The notes under the pieces: generated by a model
Told to the model about the DNA's origin: nothing
What the model saw: the letters and a program-made list of their open reading frames with translations, nothing else
Database searches by the model: none
DNA from: an uncultured Acidobacteriota bacterium
GTDB lineage: Bacteria; Acidobacteriota; Thermoanaerobaculia; Multivoradales; JAHEKO01
Direction of reading: 5' to 3'
Assembly: GCA_963713825.1 (NCBI GenBank)
Contig: CAVQNG010000003.1
Location: 928,001-992,000, forward strand
Length of the DNA: 64,000 nt
Program-made: the position numbers and the translations under genes
Shown here: positions 61,693 through 64,000 of the stretch, piece after piece
Numbering within the stretch: position 1 is the stretch's first letter
Layout of the letters: each line of letters starts with the position of its first letter

Positions 61693-63618
61693 TCACTCTC
61701 CCGATTCCAGTCCTGGAGCATCGCATATCTCTAGAATCCTATCGCGCCGGAAGAGCAGCCCGTCGATCTGCTGCGTCGAAAGCAGGGTGCCGACAGCCTC
61801 ATCGAGCTGCCGCCGGCTCAGCGACTTGAGGCCCATTTCGAGCTCGGGGTCCAGAGGTCCGCAAGGACTCGGCAGGTCCGAGCCCGGCTCAGCTGAAGTC
61901 GGGAATGCCTTGGTGCTGTCGGCCATGGCCAGACGTCGGTCCTGGGGCAAGAACATCCAGCCGGCGTTGTGGCGCTCCTCTACGGACATCAGCGCGCTGA
62001 AGATCCCTGCCGCGTCGATCTCTTCTTCCAGCCCGTCCAGGAGATGCATCTGGCCGTAGGTCTCGAGGAGAGTGAGATCAACGGCACCCTCAGGGAAGAC
62101 CTGCATCGAGCCTGGAACGCCTTCGATGCTGCGCTCGACGGTGACGGGTACCAGATCGAGACCCAGAAGGCGGTCGAGACGATAGGCGGCGATCTCGTGA
62201 CGGTAGGTGCGGAAGGCCGCTCCCGCAGGCTGTCCGGGGTCTGGCGCCTCGTCGATCTTCAAGAAGACGGCTCGCAACTCGGGACCCTCGCCCTCCAGAT
62301 CGCAGACGTCCGCTGAGCGGTCGAGCTTGCGGACAACGGTGCAGGCTACGACTTCGGCTTGCCGCAGGAAGGTCTCCAACTGGGCGTCCGTCAGCTGCTC
62401 GCTGAACCTGGACCACCCCTCTCCCTGAGGTAACTCGACGATTGGTGGAGCCGACGCTGCGATCGTCGGGTCGAAGACCTCGAAGTCGTCTGCCTTGATG
62501 ACCAACGCCAGCGGCTCCCGGCCATAGGCCATCCCCACATCGGCTCGGAAGATCTGACCTTTGAAGCGCGAGGTGATGCGACCTGAGCCGGTAGGGGTGT
62601 GAGCCACGACGACGGCACGAGCACCGAGCGCCGTCAGGGATCGGTCGAGGCTGGCTCTCTCGACCCTTTCGTTTTCCAGCGAATTGCCGCGATACCACAG
62701 GGGTCCTGTGGGGCTGAAGGCGAGAGACCCATAGAGTCGCCGGAGGTTTCTCGCCGCTTCGGTCCTGGCATCCCTGCCCCCTTTCTCGACCAGTGCCAGC
62801 GCTGCGCCGTAGACCCCCTTGAAGTCCGCGGGCCCGGCTACCGCCCCTTCCAGTACGTCCATGTTGGCGACGAACTCGACGATGCCGTCGGCAACCTGCT
62901 GGTTGATTGCCTCGAGTCCCAGACCAGCGACGTTGTCGGTCAGCCCGCCGTGCAAGAAAACCACATTGTTGATCTTGATGATGGTTGGATGTTGGAGAAT
63001 CCAGGAGCCGTACTCGCCCTCGGGTGCGAAGGCCCGAATCCGCGCCAGATAGCCTGGTGGATAGCGCTGGTCGAAAGCAGCTTTGACCTCCCCGAGAGGT
63101 ACCGTTGGCGATGCCATCCCGGTTCGGAAGCGCTGCCAGGCTTTCGTCCGGTCCTTCTTCTTCTCGGCCGCAGCGAAGACCCGAAAGCCCTCCTCCGGCA
63201 CGTATCTGAGGTCGCGGACGAGATTCATGACCTCGTGGTTGCCCAGCAGGACGTGAACTCGCCCGCCTGCGGAAGGGGCTTCTTCTTCGAGCCGCCTGAC
63301 GAGATCCAGGACAGGTAGTTCCTGCGGCCCACGGTCGATCAGGTCTCCAATCAGGACCAAATGAGCCGATTCACCGCTCCAGGCCAGAGCCTCGTCGACG
63401 ATGCCGGTTCCCTTCAATAGAGAGACCAGCTTGTCGTAGGAGCCGTGAACGTCGCCGATGGCGACGATGCGGGACACACCGGTCCATTCGTACTGCGGGG
63501 ACTCACCGGTAGCCCACAAGCTCGATCCTGCGAAGAGACCGAGGAGACAGCACAGCAGGTGGCGCCGCATCCATTCGGTCACAGGGCCAGCCCACAGGCG
63601 GCCCGTTGGCAATCGCAT
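61693..63618 (-). CDS. Exported metallophosphoesterase (Shewanella-like phosphatase) fused to a C-terminal atypical-kinase-like domain
   Basis: GDVHG, GDLIDRG, GNHE, HGG, GPLWYRG, AHTP, DVGM; C-domain EIAAYRLDRLLGLDLVPVTVER. Confidence 0.82.
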   Translation of the reverse strand: MRLPTGRLWAGPVTEWMRRHLLCCLLGLFAGSSLWATGESPQYEWTGVSRIVAIGDVHGSYDKLVSLLKGTGIVDEALAWSGESAHLVLIGDLIDRGPQELPVLDLVRRLEEEAPSAGGRVHVLLGNHEVMNLVRDLRYVPEEGFRVFAAAEKKKDRTKAWQRFRTGMASPTVPLGEVKAAFDQRYPPGYLARIRAFAPEGEYGSWILQHPTIIKINNVVFLHGGLTDNVAGLGLEAINQQVADGIVEFVANMDVLEGAVAGPADFKGVYGAALALVEKGGRDARTEAARNLRRLYGSLAFSPTGPLWYRGNSLENERVERASLDRSLTALGARAVVVAHTPTGSGRITSRFKGQIFRADVGMAYGREPLALVIKADDFEVFDPTIAASAPPIVELPQGEGWSRFSEQLTDAQLETFLRQAEVVACTVVRKLDRSADVCDLEGEGPELRAVFLKIDEAPDPGQPAGAAFRTYRHEIAAYRLDRLLGLDLVPVTVERSIEGVPGSMQVFPEGAVDLTLLETYGQMHLLDGLEEEIDAAGIFSALMSVEERHNAGWMFLPQDRRLAMADSTKAFPTSAEPGSDLPSPCGPLDPELEMGLKSLSRRQLDEAVGTLLSTQQIDGLLFRRDRILEICDAPGLESGE

Positions 63619-63735
63619 AGAGTCTCCTTGCTCTTGGATGAGATTCTAACCAGCGCGCTCTCCGCCCGACAAACGCAACCGGGTTGGCGCTGCTCTCGCT
63701 TGGGCGAGAACGCTCATGACAGGTAACATAGCGCC

Positions 63736-64000
63736 GTGAAATCCAGACTGACGACGATTCTGATCCTGGTCGTTCTGCTGGTGGGACAGGCGGCCAGCCT
63801 TTCGGCCGAGCTTCCACTCGACGCGGTCAAGGACGAGAAGATCCGCAAGGCCCTGCGAGAGGTCTCGCTACAGCTACTCTTCGGCAACCCGGTGATGACC
63901 CGCTCGAACGCCAGGGATATCGCCTGGGGTCTCTTCAATCGCGGCCTGAGTCAGGAGCGCACCGCCATGGGCTACGCCCTGGCCATGCAGGCGGTCGCCG
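63736..64000 (+). CDS. Exported hypothetical protein, runs off window
   Basis: GTG start; signal-like KSRLTTILILVVLLVGQAASLSA; frame open to the end. Confidence 0.55.
   Translation, partial: MKSRLTTILILVVLLVGQAASLSAELPLDAVKDEKIRKALREVSLQLLFGNPVMTRSNARDIAWGLFNRGLSQERTAMGYALAMQAVA

Overview
GC-rich bacterial window; an Acidobacteriota-like origin is my inference from gene content only. About 14 scattered single-base frameshifts suggest an unpolished long-read assembly, so pseudogene and duplication calls need read-level checks. Positions 1-38.8 kb form a mosaic accessory region built from three similar modules: NarX/NarL-type kinase or regulator (intact once, remnants twice), then a conserved 18-bp box, then a receiver-only protein, then a cargo operon. 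Cargo 1 is OmpW, a lipoprotein, HdeD, DUF1329/DUF1302 and DUF1254. Cargo 2 is a sulfur-handling run: exported rhodanese, a DszB-like desulfinase homologue with a histone-H1-like N-terminus, ferredoxin-nitroreductase, crotonase, CoA-disulfide reductase-rhodanese and SulP. Cargo 3 is a DUF3011 porin, exported amidohydrolase, DcaP porin, exported glutaminase, OmpW and HdeD. Three mosaic ompW copies share a 68-bp identical core, two copies of which bracket a 17.6-kb segment, and a diverged 1,983-bp tandem duplication lies at 30.1-34.1 kb. The right part is more housekeeping-like: hydrolases, carbonic anhydrase, Cys-rich MarR plus arsM, PafA-type phosphatase, SSADH, MenA-like, PfkA, FGGY kinase, GDPD, DmpA, GGDEF, TrkAH, DUF4136 x2, a K+ channel and a phosphatase/kinase-like fusion, with REP/STRR-like intergenic elements. 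I recognised no rRNA, tRNA, CRISPR array, integrase or transposase.
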